64,000 bases of DNA from an uncultured Candidatus Poseidoniales archaeon (GCA_905182185.1 CAJJAP010000007.1:17461-81460); one strand, 5' to 3'. Positions 49,934 through 60,325 are shown, counted from the stretch's first letter. The notes: generated by a model from the letters alone, not told the origin. Numbers and translations are program-made.

Positions 49934-50863
49934 TCAATTTCCTTCAAAAATCGCAAGTGCTTGTTCTGCTGTAGCGCCTTGACAAATGATTGCGTCACAC
50001 GCAGCGGTCATTCTCACTGCTTCTTCTGTTCCTTTTTGGTGAATATTTCTTCCAGTTGCAGCACCTCTACATTTTGAGATATTGATTTGTCCCCAAAGAC
50101 GCTCTAGGAACTCTCGGGGTGGGAGAGAACCGCCACCAGAACAAATTATTCCTGTTCTTCCTGCTGCTTCAACCGCTACTCGCAATGATTCAAATCGATC
50201 CATTCCGTCAAAACTGTTTGGATAATTGACTTTAGCGAAATCGGCTCCAATACATGCTGCAACCCCTGCTGCACCCGAGATTAATTGTGCATCCATCTCA
50301 TCTGCAACCGCTTTACCACGTGGATACATCCATACGACTGAAATCATTCCAAGTTCGTGTGCTTGGCGGATGAAAGTTGCCGCCTCTCTTAGCATCTCAT
50401 GCTCAAATTCACTTCCAATGTACACGGTATAGCCAATTCCAACAACATTAACGCCGTTAGAGACTAATGCCATTACATCGTCCAAATCCCACATTGCTTG
50501 AGAAACAGGATCACGCTGCGAAGTCTTGACCATAGAAGATTTTGAGTTCAACTTTACCAGATATGGAATATTCGGGTAGTCTCTAGCGTATTGTGAAATT
50601 AATCCAAGTTGTCCTGCCATAACTCCAATGGTCCCTGCATCAGCAGTTGCTTGTCCGATTTTGAAAAAGTGTTCTGGGTCATTTGAAGATAATGGAATAT
50701 TTTTGCCACCATCATAAAAATCATCGTTTAAATGCTCTATTTTTTGGTCGCAAGCAAATAGATTCATGTGACCTGTACCTGCTGTAGCCGCATCCATGTT
50801 TTGGATATAGATATCTTGTAGTTCATTTGGAACATCTGCTGGAACATTATACTTGGCCATCAT
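49934..50863 (-). CDS. Class I (Schiff-base) aldolase of the archaeal DhnA/FbaB family (fructose-bisphosphate aldolase or ADH synthase)
   Basis: TIM-barrel aldolase pattern (VKLN...; GADFAKVNYP; ICSGGGS) similar to archaeal FBPA/AroA-prime. Start placed at MMAKYNV. Confidence 0.65.
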   Translation of the reverse strand: MMAKYNVPADVPNELQDIYIQNMDAATAGTGHMNLFACDQKIEHLNDDFYDGGKNIPLSSNDPEHFFKIGQATADAGTIGVMAGQLGLISQYARDYPNIPYLVKLNSKSSMVKTSQRDPVSQAMWDLDDVMALVSNGVNVVGIGYTVYIGSEFEHEMLREAATFIRQAHELGMISVVWMYPRGKAVADEMDAQLISGAAGVAACIGADFAKVNYPNSFDGMDRFESLRVAVEAAGRTGIICSGGGSLPPREFLERLWGQINISKCRGAATGRNIHQKGTEEAVRMTAACDAIICQGATAEQALAIFEGN

Positions 50864-50998
50864 AATCACCCTATATCTGCGGCCACACCCATTCTTCATT
50901 TCAAGACTACGGAGAATCATAACTGCAAATTATGGTAAATTTTTTGATAAATCGGACATATGTGGACAGTATATTGATTATTAATTACTCCTCTAATG

Positions 50999-51010
50999 TT
51001 ATATTATAAA
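50999..51010 (+). promoter_or_regulatory. TATA-box-like element about 23 nt upstream of the zinc-knuckle gene ATG (probable leaderless transcript)
   Basis: ttatattataaa, centred ~23 nt upstream of the ATG at 51027. The divergent intergenic region is strongly AT-rich. Confidence 0.3.
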
Positions 51011-51026
51011 TCCTCAATGAGATTGT

Positions 51027-51710
51027 ATGGGCCGAACATGTGCTAGTTGTGGCCAGTCAGGTCATAATCGCAGAACATGTATACTGCGCCGTGATAGCAA
51101 TGATGATTATGCCACGTTAAAGGTTGAACATAGAATCTGTTCTCTCTGCGGAGAGCATGGGCATAATGTATTAACTTGTCAACTAACTAATCCCAAAAAG
51201 GCTGCAATTAGAATTTTAAAAATATCTGCAAAGGGAAGTCGGGTCTGTAGTGCATGCGGGAAGTACGGCCATAACAGCCGGACATGTATTGTTAGCAACC
51301 CAAACCGCCACCATAGAAGAGAAAGTGATGATGGTAGACGCCATTGCAAACAATGTGGAAAGGTTGGCCATAACACTCGAACATGTCCGATAATCAATCC
51401 AGAAAGAAAAGATAGGAAAAACCGGATTGATGGAAAGAGAATTTGTAGTGAATGTGGAAAAATCGGACACAATACTAGAACTTGTTCAGTTCTATTTCCG
51501 AACCGTGTTCAAAGAAACTCTCAGGCTAGAAAAAGAATCTGCGGACAATGTGGAGACGGGGGGCACAATAAGAGAACTTGCCCCACAATCAATCCACGAG
51601 CTGCTGCTGCGAGAAGATTGAGAAAAGGAAACAATAAAGATCAACGTCGATGTAAAATTTGTAACATCGTCGGACATAATTCAAGGACATGCTCTCAAAG
51701 AGCATTGTAA
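51027..51710 (+). CDS. Protein with seven tandem CCHC zinc knuckles (CX2CX4HX4C), CNBP-like nucleic-acid-binding architecture
   Basis: CASCGQSGHNRRTC, CSLCGEHGHNVLTC, CSACGKYGHNSRTC, CKQCGKVGHNTRTC, CSECGKIGHNTRTC, CGQCGDGGHNKRTC, CKICNIVGHNSRTC, separated by basic linkers. Confidence 0.75.
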   Translation: MGRTCASCGQSGHNRRTCILRRDSNDDYATLKVEHRICSLCGEHGHNVLTCQLTNPKKAAIRILKISAKGSRVCSACGKYGHNSRTCIVSNPNRHHRRESDDGRRHCKQCGKVGHNTRTCPIINPERKDRKNRIDGKRICSECGKIGHNTRTCSVLFPNRVQRNSQARKRICGQCGDGGHNKRTCPTINPRAAAARRLRKGNNKDQRRCKICNIVGHNSRTCSQRAL

Positions 51711-51738
51711 GTCCTTGATGAATGATGCCGGTTTCGTT

Positions 51739-52605
51739 TCACTGACCAGTGAAATGCGGCTGGCGCTTTTCAACATAGGCTGCAATTCCTTCTTTAGCAT
51801 CGCTGCTATTGAATAGAGACGCTTGTAATTCTCGCTCAAGTGCCAAGTGGTACTCGAATGGAATCTCTGGCCCAGTTTGGCATGAACGCTTGATGTTGCC
51901 AACTGCCTTGACCGCCTTATTAGGCAAAGTGAATTGGCTGCAATAGTCCAGAACATCTTCGCGGAAACCTTCAGGTGAACCTTCAAAGATGTCATTTAGG
52001 AGATTGAGGTTTTCTGCATCCTCGAAAGAAATTAAGTTGCCGGTAACCATCATTTCTAGGGCTTTTGCCTTACCGATGAGGCGGGTTAGACGAGCAGTAC
52101 CACCAGTTCCTGCAAGTACACCGAGGTTGATTTCAGGAAGTCCCAACTTACCCGAGTTCTTACGAGCGATACGGATATCAGCTGCCATAGCGATTTCAAG
52201 ACCGCCACCAACTGCATGACCGTTAATAGCGCAAACGACTAACTTGGAAGTTTGTTCAAGTCGAGAAAGTGTTTCATTGGCGTGAAGACAGAAGTTGTAT
52301 TTGAAGCCTGGAGTGACACTGTTCAACATTTGAATTGAAGCACCAGCGGAGAAGAAAGATGCTCCATTTCCGGTTAGGACAATTACTGTTACATCATCAT
52401 CAAAACGTGCCTTCACAATTGCTTGGTCGATATCCCTCATCATTTCATGAGTGTAAGTATTAGGAGAACGGTCATTTTCACTGGTCAAAGGTGCACCAGC
52501 AGAGTCTGAAGTTAATTCAATAACTGCGATCCCATTATTGGTTGTACCATAGTTGACAAGACGGTTTTCCATCGCTTCGAATTTGAGTTCATATGAGTCG
52601 CTCAT
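51739..52605 (-). CDS. Enoyl-CoA hydratase/isomerase (crotonase fold)
   Basis: VIVLTGNGASFFSAGASI, AINGHAVGGGLEIAMAADIRIA, and oxyanion-hole glycines. Confidence 0.85.
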   Translation of the reverse strand: MSDSYELKFEAMENRLVNYGTTNNGIAVIELTSDSAGAPLTSENDRSPNTYTHEMMRDIDQAIVKARFDDDVTVIVLTGNGASFFSAGASIQMLNSVTPGFKYNFCLHANETLSRLEQTSKLVVCAINGHAVGGGLEIAMAADIRIARKNSGKLGLPEINLGVLAGTGGTARLTRLIGKAKALEMMVTGNLISFEDAENLNLLNDIFEGSPEGFREDVLDYCSQFTLPNKAVKAVGNIKRSCQTGPEIPFEYHLALERELQASLFNSSDAKEGIAAYVEKRQPHFTGQ

Positions 52606-52657
52606 ATACCGCCCAAAGGTGATAGCATTATGAACAAACCGCCACTAATATCATTGT

Positions 52658-53908
52658 TTATTTTGGACTTATTGGCGATTCTGCGTCATTTGAAAAAGAT
52701 GTTTTCGCCCCACTGCGGCGCACATTACTCCACTTTTCACCAACGGCCTTCGCTTCCGAACTCTGTTCCCACCAATCTCGCTTAAATGCTGGCCGGAATG
52801 GCATTCTCCGAACTCCGCGACCCATTGCTTTCGGGTCAGACTTTAGCATGAAGGGTGATACAATCGGGTAAAGTATTCTTTTCAACAATGTCGGGCGGAA
52901 TAATTTGGAAATCCAAATCAATCCGTCTCCATGCTTTTTCTGACTCCTCATCCAATTATTGCACATTAATTTGAATGTTCTATCACCGACTCGATTCATT
53001 AGCCATCTATTGACAACACTGGTCTTGACATATGGCATCAATTTATTGCGAACTTCAGTTTCATAATCACATTCTCCGAGTATATCCTTAGCGGCTAATG
53101 TCCCACTCCAAACAGCCATTCTCATTCCAAAGCCCCACATAAAGTCCTGCAAACCTCCTGATTCTCCGACATAGTATCGCCCATCTTGCTTGTAATTGCG
53201 ATTGATTGTAAAATCTCCTTTGCCACCAACCCTTTTCACAGGCTTCATATCAATATTTGGATACTTATTCTGATACCAAGCGATCGTTTCATTGAGAAAA
53301 CGCTCAGATTTCTTTTGTTTGCGCCATAAACAGGTACATATCAGACCAACGCCATCTACTATAATCATGTAAGAATACGAACCTGGTGCTAACTTATCAT
53401 TTAATTGAAATGAAATATGATTCGGATGCGATGTATGAAAAATCTCCCCGTATGCAACTGCTGAAGTTCCTTTAGGACCACAAGCAATTATCGTGCAGTC
53501 CTCTTCTTTGACTCGTGAGTTATAATGTATTTTAGCACCTGCTTCCAGAGCCATTTGCTTGAATCCTTGATCGATGGTATGTTCACTAGTCCCCCGCTCA
53601 ACAATTCTATACGCCACTCTATCAGAACTTGGATTGGTTATTTTATCATCGGGATGAATTAAATCAAGAACTTTAAACTCGGTTGACTTAAATCGTTTGG
53701 AATCAAAACCCCATTCCTCTAACTGGTCAAAAAAATCGTCATCCATTGACCAATTTTCTAACGCTTGGAAATCACCATCAAAACGGGCACCTGAGTCATC
53801 ACGGATATCATGAACGTGAACTTCTCTACCCGCTCTTGCCAACAATATAGCAGATGCTAATCCAGACAGCCCTGCCCCCATAATATGGATAGCCGCCTCA
53901 CCGCTCAT
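52658..53908 (-). CDS. FAD-dependent oxidoreductase (possibly geranylgeranyl-reductase-like)
   Basis: IMGAGLSGLASAILLARAG dinucleotide-binding motif and GESGGLQDFMWGFGM. Start placed at the internal Met (MSGEAAIH) to avoid a 5' overlap with moaE. Confidence 0.6.
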   Translation of the reverse strand: MSGEAAIHIMGAGLSGLASAILLARAGREVHVHDIRDDSGARFDGDFQALENWSMDDDFFDQLEEWGFDSKRFKSTEFKVLDLIHPDDKITNPSSDRVAYRIVERGTSEHTIDQGFKQMALEAGAKIHYNSRVKEEDCTIIACGPKGTSAVAYGEIFHTSHPNHISFQLNDKLAPGSYSYMIIVDGVGLICTCLWRKQKKSERFLNETIAWYQNKYPNIDMKPVKRVGGKGDFTINRNYKQDGRYYVGESGGLQDFMWGFGMRMAVWSGTLAAKDILGECDYETEVRNKLMPYVKTSVVNRWLMNRVGDRTFKLMCNNWMRSQKKHGDGLIWISKLFRPTLLKRILYPIVSPFMLKSDPKAMGRGVRRMPFRPAFKRDWWEQSSEAKAVGEKWSNVRRSGAKTSFSNDAESPISPK

Positions 53909-53939
53909 GGTAGCCCTATTGAGGGGTGAGGTTTGAATC

Positions 53940-54386
53940 ATGCGTTTGCCTCGCATCTACATGGGCGGCAATATTATCATTGAGGAAGCGCCAGTTTTTC
54001 TCGATGCAAATGCCCTATTAAATAAATTACCAAAACAAGGTTGTGGAGCAGTTGTGTCTTTTTTAGGAATCACCAGAGGCAAAGATGGTGATGCTGAAGT
54101 TTTACGCCTCGAATTCGATGCATGGCAAGATAAATTGACATCTGTATTGGAAGGATTAGCACAGCAAGCGATAGATGACTTCTCTGTAACTGCAGTAGCG
54201 ATGGCGCATCGTACTGGAAGTGTTGGCCCAGAACAGCCGATTGTTGCAATTCATGTCGCTAGCCCTCATCGAAAAGAAGCATTTCATGCTTGTCAATGGT
54301 TGATAGACGAACTCAAAAAGCAAGCACCCCTATGGAAGAAAGAAGTTACCAATAAAGGTGAATCTTGGAAGGCTGGATTAGGCTGA
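53940..54386 (+). CDS. moaE: Molybdopterin synthase catalytic subunit
   Basis: GAVVSFLGITRG, VAMAHRTGSVGPEQPIVAIHVASPHRKEAFHACQWLIDELKKQAPLWKKE. Confidence 0.85.
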   Translation: MRLPRIYMGGNIIIEEAPVFLDANALLNKLPKQGCGAVVSFLGITRGKDGDAEVLRLEFDAWQDKLTSVLEGLAQQAIDDFSVTAVAMAHRTGSVGPEQPIVAIHVASPHRKEAFHACQWLIDELKKQAPLWKKEVTNKGESWKAGLG

Positions 54387-54422
54387 ACCGGACCAAAGCA
54401 ATCTAATAATGGAGAGATAACA

Positions 54423-54884
54423 ATGGAAAAAAGTATTCAAGGAATTGTAGAAATCGGCACGAAGCCAGTAGTAGAGAGAAGAGCCACTGCAAGGGGAATA
54501 TTGCACCTAGGCGTGCAAACTGGAATCGAAATTCAAAGTGGTAATATCAACAAAGGAGATGTTATCGAAGCTTCGACCATCGCTGCGATTCAGGCAGTAA
54601 AAGATACTCCGAGAATAATTCCCCACTGCCATCCGATTCCACTTGAAGGATGCAAAGTTGATTGGTCTTGGCAGGAATACGCCAACGGTTGGGGTTTGGT
54701 CTGTGAAGTTCATGTCAGTGCTCATTACAAAACTGGAATAGAAATGGAAGCTCTAACAGGAGTTTGTGCTGGTTTATTATGCGCATTGGACATGGTCAAA
54801 TCATTAGAAAAGGATGAACAGGGCCAATACCCTAGCACCAGAATCACCGATATTGAAGTTGTTGAGAAATTCAAAGGCCAGTGA
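54423..54884 (+). CDS. moaC: Cyclic pyranopterin monophosphate synthase MoaC
   Basis: KGDVIEASTIAAIQAVKDTPRIIPHCHPIPL and GIEMEALTGVCAGLLCALDMVK. Confidence 0.85.
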   Translation: MEKSIQGIVEIGTKPVVERRATARGILHLGVQTGIEIQSGNINKGDVIEASTIAAIQAVKDTPRIIPHCHPIPLEGCKVDWSWQEYANGWGLVCEVHVSAHYKTGIEMEALTGVCAGLLCALDMVKSLEKDEQGQYPSTRITDIEVVEKFKGQ

Positions 54885-54951
54885 AAAGCCACCATTTGTA
54901 GAGGGAAACTCAACCGCTTTGTTCATCAATTGGGCGCGCCCGCCAGTGTAC

Positions 54952-55905
54952 ATGGGCAGTGTCTCCGACCTCCAAAAGCACTTTCTTGAAGCGGTGGACC
55001 AAGCGGCAATCGCTAGCGCTGAATGGCGCGGCAAGGGTGATAAAATGGCTGCTGACGCTGCTGCTGTTGAAGCGATGCGCCGTACCTTTGACAATGTTCC
55101 TTTTGATGGAAGAGTTGCAATTGGTGAAGGTGAACGAGATGAAGCACCTATGCTTTACATTGGTGAACAATTAGGAAATATGATCGGAGTTGCAGGTGCT
55201 GCAAAGATTGATATTGCTGTTGACCCGCTCGAATGCACAAATAATTGTGCAGATAATACTCCAAACTCAATTGCAGTTCTTGCTGCCGCCCCTAGAGGAA
55301 CACTTCTTCATGCTCCTGATTGTTATATGGACAAAATTGCTGCAGGACCTGCTCTTGCCGGCCACATTAGTCTCGATGGTAGCGTACTGTACAATCTTGA
55401 ACAGGCTGCCAGTGTACTTGACAAACCAATTAGCGAAGTAAAGGTAGTCGCTTTGGATAGAGAACGCCACGCTCAGTTGTTCAAAGAAATTCGTGCCGCT
55501 GGTGCTGACTTGAGCCTAATGGGTGATGGTGATGTTTCTGGAGCGATTTGGGCTGCTCGCCCCGATGGTCCATATGACCTGCTAATGGGAATTGGTGCCG
55601 CTCCTGAAGGAGTTATTTCTGCAACCGCAATTCGTGGTCTTGGTGGAGTATTCGAAGGAAGGCTAGTATTCAGAAATCCACAGGAAGAAGCACGTGCTGA
55701 AAACATGGTTGGTGACGATTTGACACGACTCTGGGAAGCAAATGACCTATGTAAATCAGATGATGCTATCTTTGCAGCATCTGGCGTTTGTGATGGATAC
55801 TTGCCAGGAGTAATTGTTGGTGATAAAACAACTCAAACCTTCTCAGAAATCATTGATGTAGAATCGGGAACTGTACGCAGAATGGATACTATTCGTCCAC
55901 TTTGA
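54952..55905 (+). CDS. glpX: Fructose-1,6-bisphosphatase class II (GlpX type)
   Basis: DKMAADAAAVEAMR, RVAIGEGERDEAPMLYIGEQLG, DIAVDPLECTNN, LHAPDCYMDKIAAGP. Start at the internal Met (MGSVSDLQ) removes the overlap with moaC. Confidence 0.85.
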   Translation: MGSVSDLQKHFLEAVDQAAIASAEWRGKGDKMAADAAAVEAMRRTFDNVPFDGRVAIGEGERDEAPMLYIGEQLGNMIGVAGAAKIDIAVDPLECTNNCADNTPNSIAVLAAAPRGTLLHAPDCYMDKIAAGPALAGHISLDGSVLYNLEQAASVLDKPISEVKVVALDRERHAQLFKEIRAAGADLSLMGDGDVSGAIWAARPDGPYDLLMGIGAAPEGVISATAIRGLGGVFEGRLVFRNPQEEARAENMVGDDLTRLWEANDLCKSDDAIFAASGVCDGYLPGVIVGDKTTQTFSEIIDVESGTVRRMDTIRPL

Positions 55906-55943
55906 TGAAGACATTGAAGAAAGAGTGACCTTTCAACAAAATT

Positions 55944-56570
55944 ATGTCGCCTCACCAAGTACGTCTGGAAGTTAGACTTCCAGAAGGACATTGGTCCGGA
56001 GATGTGACCAGAGCAAACCCTTCTGCCATTTTACGCATTGAGAAGCATATGCCCTTGAGCAGAGGAAGAGGAACTGCTAGGATTTCATGTAGTGAAGATA
56101 TTTCTAAATCAATCGCTGGACATCCAGGTATTGAAGATTATAAAATAATGCAAAACAATTGTTATGACATTACTATCGAAGCAGGGGGTGGTGGCTTCCT
56201 CAAACCATTAGTTGATGTAGGCGTTATACCGCATACTCCATTTGAAGTGCGAGATGGATGGGTAGATTGGACAATTGAATGTTCACAGAATAAATCTAGA
56301 GAACTTATCGAATCGTTCAAAATGCAATCTATCCCACACCGCCTAGTTTCGACGAGGAGTGTCACTACAAGATTACTAACACCTCGCCAGCGTCAAGTTT
56401 TTGATATTGCCATCAGGGAAGGTTTCTATGACATTCCAAGAAGAATATCCTTAACAGAACTCGCACAATTATTAGGAGTTGCAAAATCAACATTATCCGT
56501 TCAGTTACAAAGGGTTGAATCTACAATCGTAAATACGTTTTCCGAAGAGATTAGAAGACTCTCTCCTTGA
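55944..56570 (+). CDS. HTH_10 (bacterio-opsin-activator-type) transcriptional regulator
   Basis: C-terminal LTPRQRQVFDIAIREGFYDIPRRISLTELAQLLGVAKSTLSVQLQRVE is the archaeal HTH_10 signature. Confidence 0.7.
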   Translation: MSPHQVRLEVRLPEGHWSGDVTRANPSAILRIEKHMPLSRGRGTARISCSEDISKSIAGHPGIEDYKIMQNNCYDITIEAGGGGFLKPLVDVGVIPHTPFEVRDGWVDWTIECSQNKSRELIESFKMQSIPHRLVSTRSVTTRLLTPRQRQVFDIAIREGFYDIPRRISLTELAQLLGVAKSTLSVQLQRVESTIVNTFSEEIRRLSP

Positions 56571-56643
56571 GAACAGCCGATTGTATCAAAACATGTTCGT
56601 GCGAACATGTTCGCAGACATCATAAGGGAGTGCTTCCCATAGC

Positions 56644-57813
56644 ATGCCCATGGACAACCTACCTACAACTTGGGATGATTGGATTGCAAACTTTTCTGAC
56701 TGGCAAGACCGAGTCGGATATGATCGCAGTTGGCTCGGTGATTTTGACCTCTCGATTCAATTTGATTGGGACCGTGCTGGTGACGTCATTGAATTTGGGG
56801 ATTACGAGGGTAAAGCAAAGTGGGAACGTTCACTACAAATTCCTCAGCAAAGTATGCGCGATGCTCTGATCTCAATGATCACTGTTCAGGGTGATACAGA
56901 ATTCGCTTCTGTTGAACAACAACGCCACCTTCTCGCATCTGCACCTACTGCATATGACAGATACGCTGCTGCCCGCATTATGGCTGAAGAGCAAAGACAT
57001 GGATGGCAAATGGCCTACTTGTTGATGACCTACTTCGGACAACAAGGCCGAAGAGAAGCCCAGAAACTATTGGAACGCAATGCACAAGATGGAGATAGAC
57101 TTCTCGGTGCTTTCAATAGACCTATGCCACATTGGTTGGACTTTTTCTGCTACACAATGTTCGTTGACAGAGATGGTAAATTCCAACTTGGGATGTTATC
57201 AACTTCAGCTTTCAAACCTGTTGCAGCCTCCATGGGCCCAATGTTAAAGGAAGAATCATTCCATCTCGGAACCGGTTCAAATGGATTACGCCGCGTCATT
57301 AAGGCAGGAATAATCCCTCTGGATATGCTTCAAAGATACTTCAACAAATGGGTTTCAACCGCACACGATTTATTCGGTGTTGATGCTTCTTCAAGCGCAC
57401 ACTGGGCTTATGTGTGGGGAATAAAAGGTCGTTGGGATGAACGTGCAAAACTTGAGGCCGGAATCGAAGTTAACAAAGAAGTCTTGAATGAAGAAGCTCG
57501 TGGACATTACCATGAAGAGATTGCAACCGAAGTGGAAAAACTTTCAGGGTATCTACCTGAAGGTGCTGCCCCTTTAACAGTGCCACATGAGAACTTTAAT
57601 CGCGGTATTGGAACTACAAAGCGTGGTCGCTATTTGACTAATGGAGAAGAATTCTCTGGTTCAGATGAAGAATGGGATGCCTACCTAGCATCTGTGCTCC
57701 CTTCTGACCAAGATGAAGAAGATCTCAAATCATTATTTGAACTTGAATGGGTTGCAGAAAAGAAAATGTCTGAAAGACAAATCTCTTCTAAAATCGGTGG
57801 CGCTTCTGCATAA
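56644..57813 (+). CDS. Ferritin-like diiron-carboxylate oxygenase (BoxB/PaaA-like acyl-CoA oxygenase family)
   Basis: Two E...ExxH iron-binding motifs: VEQQ...AEEQRHGW and DRDG...KEESFHLG. Confidence 0.5.
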   Translation: MPMDNLPTTWDDWIANFSDWQDRVGYDRSWLGDFDLSIQFDWDRAGDVIEFGDYEGKAKWERSLQIPQQSMRDALISMITVQGDTEFASVEQQRHLLASAPTAYDRYAAARIMAEEQRHGWQMAYLLMTYFGQQGRREAQKLLERNAQDGDRLLGAFNRPMPHWLDFFCYTMFVDRDGKFQLGMLSTSAFKPVAASMGPMLKEESFHLGTGSNGLRRVIKAGIIPLDMLQRYFNKWVSTAHDLFGVDASSSAHWAYVWGIKGRWDERAKLEAGIEVNKEVLNEEARGHYHEEIATEVEKLSGYLPEGAAPLTVPHENFNRGIGTTKRGRYLTNGEEFSGSDEEWDAYLASVLPSDQDEEDLKSLFELEWVAEKKMSERQISSKIGGASA

Positions 57814-57824
57814 GCAGGAAATAA

Positions 57825-58370
57825 GTGAGTGAAATGATTCCTGTAAGCCTTTATGGCATTGATTCACAGATGTGTGAAAGATTCTATGTAGAATTGTCTA
57901 GTTTGATTTCTGTGTCTGATGAGCATTCAGATTATTCAAATGCACTTTTCTCTATTGAAGCAGATTCGTTAATGCAAAATCTTGAAGTGGCAGAAAATTG
58001 GTCAGGCCGAGACATCATTGAATGGTCCGAAGAAATTGCAATTGAAATTGAGATGTCTATTCGGGCTGCTAATTACCCGGAAGTGTCGATGTTGGAGCAT
58101 TTGCTGACCTTGGAAAATATGGATGCTGTAAGGATTTCTCAATGGGTTCATTTCTACTATCGCGTCTACCCAATCTATTCCGAAGATGCTTGTAAGACTT
58201 TGACTAAAATGGGACTGAATACACCATTTAAACCCGATGACATGGCAAGTTACGGCCTATATGTGACCCGATTGGAAGGATTGAAGATTCATTCTCCACA
58301 TTGGGGGTTGCCTGAAATTGGACTTCCCCGAAGTCGATTATTGCAACTCGGATTGGAGCGATTTAATTGA
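57825..58370 (+). CDS. hypothetical protein (possibly partner of the diiron oxygenase)
   Basis: 181-aa ORF 11 nt after the oxygenase. Its 3' end overlaps the following transporter gene by 4 nt. No recognisable motif. Confidence 0.4.
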   Translation: MSEMIPVSLYGIDSQMCERFYVELSSLISVSDEHSDYSNALFSIEADSLMQNLEVAENWSGRDIIEWSEEIAIEIEMSIRAANYPEVSMLEHLLTLENMDAVRISQWVHFYYRVYPIYSEDACKTLTKMGLNTPFKPDDMASYGLYVTRLEGLKIHSPHWGLPEIGLPRSRLLQLGLERFN

Positions 58371-59284
58371 AAGATGCATTAATCCATCTAAAATTACTAT
58401 TTGTTGCGATAGTATGGGGCTTTAGTTGGTCTGCAGGGCGTATTTTGGCTCAAGATATTGCACCGATAAGTGGTGCGTGGATGAGATATGTAATCGCCCT
58501 AGCCTGTTTTTTTCTCTATCTGAAAATGACTGATAATTGGCGGATTCCGACAAAAATGGAATGGAAGAGAATTATCATTATTGGCTTCTTTTCAACATTT
58601 GTCTATCAAGCACTATTCATGTATGGAATGAAATTTACTGCTGCTGGAGATGCTTCATTAATGATTACCTTCAATCCAATTTTCACAGCATTACTAGCAG
58701 TTCCATTCCTAGATGAAAAGATGAATTGGCGATTAGCAACTGGATTGATTTGCGGATTGATTGGAGTCATCATCTTATTCCTTTATTCACCTAATGTCGA
58801 TATTCCATTTGAGACTCGATTGAAAGGAGACCTGATGATCGCTGGTGCTGCTCTAGCTTGGGCAACAACTTCAATATTACAAAAGAAAGCAATGACCTCT
58901 ACCGCTATCGATTCTCAAACCCCACTATCACCGCTTCATTTGACCGTATGGTCATCACTGATTGGATTACTATTCCTCACACCCTGGGCTGCCTATGAAT
59001 CATATCTGTATGGAATGCCACAACCGAGTGGTGGAGGATGGCTGGCAATTCTATTCCTAGCAATACTATCAACGGTATTTTCTTATGTTTGGTTCGCAGA
59101 TGGTATTGTAACCATCGGTGCTGGAAAAACTGCATTATATGTCTACCTAGTTCCTCCATTCGGCATTATTAGTGGATGGTTTATTCTTGATGAGAAATTG
59201 GGATGGTCACTCTTAGTATCGTTTTCATTGATATTAATCGGAGTGATGTTAGCCCAGTATAGCCCAAAAACCAGCGAATCTTAA
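58367..59284 (+). CDS. EamA/DMT-superfamily transporter
   Basis: Ten predicted helices with two EamA-like repeats (FVAIVWGFSWSAGRI...). Confidence 0.7.
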   Translation: MKDALIHLKLLFVAIVWGFSWSAGRILAQDIAPISGAWMRYVIALACFFLYLKMTDNWRIPTKMEWKRIIIIGFFSTFVYQALFMYGMKFTAAGDASLMITFNPIFTALLAVPFLDEKMNWRLATGLICGLIGVIILFLYSPNVDIPFETRLKGDLMIAGAALAWATTSILQKKAMTSTAIDSQTPLSPLHLTVWSSLIGLLFLTPWAAYESYLYGMPQPSGGGWLAILFLAILSTVFSYVWFADGIVTIGAGKTALYVYLVPPFGIISGWFILDEKLGWSLLVSFSLILIGVMLAQYSPKTSES

Positions 59285-59410
59285 GCACAACATTCTCGTA
59301 CGACCTTCGCACTTCCTTCTGATTTCCATTAATACAAACAGTCCAGTGCTCAGGTCTCAAACCACATCCATATTGGTGCGTAATTCACCCTTCATTTGAT
59401 GAATAAGTAG

Positions 59411-60310
59411 TTGTTCGCCTTTGCTATGGAGATTCGTAGTGTAGCCGTTATCGGCGCTGGAACTATGGGTGCGGGCATCGCTCAAGTTTGCGCCCAAGCA
59501 GGCTGGAAAACAAATCTATTCGATGCCTTTCCAGAAGGATTAGAACGTGGCATGAAAACAATTGATGCGTTTTGGGACAAAGGCATTGCTAGAGGCAAGA
59601 CCACTGCTCAACAAAAACAACAATGGGCAGCAAATCTTCACCCGGTATCCGATATGTCTGAAGCGGTTGGGGATGTGGATTTGGTTATTGAAGCAGTTCC
59701 AGAAATTCCTTCTCTAAAACATCAAATTTTTGCAGATCTCGGTAAGATGACTAAGCCAGATTGTATTCTCGGAACAAATACCTCCTCACTTTCCATAGAA
59801 GCGATCGCTCAAGCATCAGGCCGGGCTGAAAATGTGATTGGTATGCACTTTTTTAATCCAGTTCCAATTATGAAACTACTTGAATTGGTCAAACATGATT
59901 CTTGTTCAGAACAAACAGTTGCGTTTGCACAAGCGGCAGGAGTGGCTATGGGTAAGACCACTATTTTGGTCAAAGATATTCCTGGCTTCGCCACTTCTAG
60001 GTTGGGTGTCGTACTCGGCAATGAAGCGATTAGAATGCTCGCAGATGGAGTTGCAAGTGCAAAGGATATCGATACTGCAATGGTACTGGGCTACAAACAT
60101 CCAATGGGACCACTTGCATTGTCAGATTTGGTCGGCCTTGATGTGCGTAGAGATATTCTGCTAAATCTAAAACAATCATTTGATGATGACTCTTACACCC
60201 CTCACCCACTTCTTGAGAAGTTAGTTGCAGAAGGTAGGTTGGGCAAGAAATCCGGAAAAGGAATCTATGATTGGTCTTCAGGTTCTGCTGAAGAAACAGA
60301 ACTTCCTTGA
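59411..60310 (+). CDS. 3-hydroxyacyl-CoA (3-hydroxybutyryl-CoA) dehydrogenase
   Basis: VAVIGAGTMGAGIAQV, GTNTSSLSI, GMHFFNPVPIMKLLE, GFATSRLG. Confidence 0.9.
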   Translation: MFAFAMEIRSVAVIGAGTMGAGIAQVCAQAGWKTNLFDAFPEGLERGMKTIDAFWDKGIARGKTTAQQKQQWAANLHPVSDMSEAVGDVDLVIEAVPEIPSLKHQIFADLGKMTKPDCILGTNTSSLSIEAIAQASGRAENVIGMHFFNPVPIMKLLELVKHDSCSEQTVAFAQAAGVAMGKTTILVKDIPGFATSRLGVVLGNEAIRMLADGVASAKDIDTAMVLGYKHPMGPLALSDLVGLDVRRDILLNLKQSFDDDSYTPHPLLEKLVAEGRLGKKSGKGIYDWSSGSAEETELP

Positions 60311-60325
60311 AGGTGGTGTAACTAA

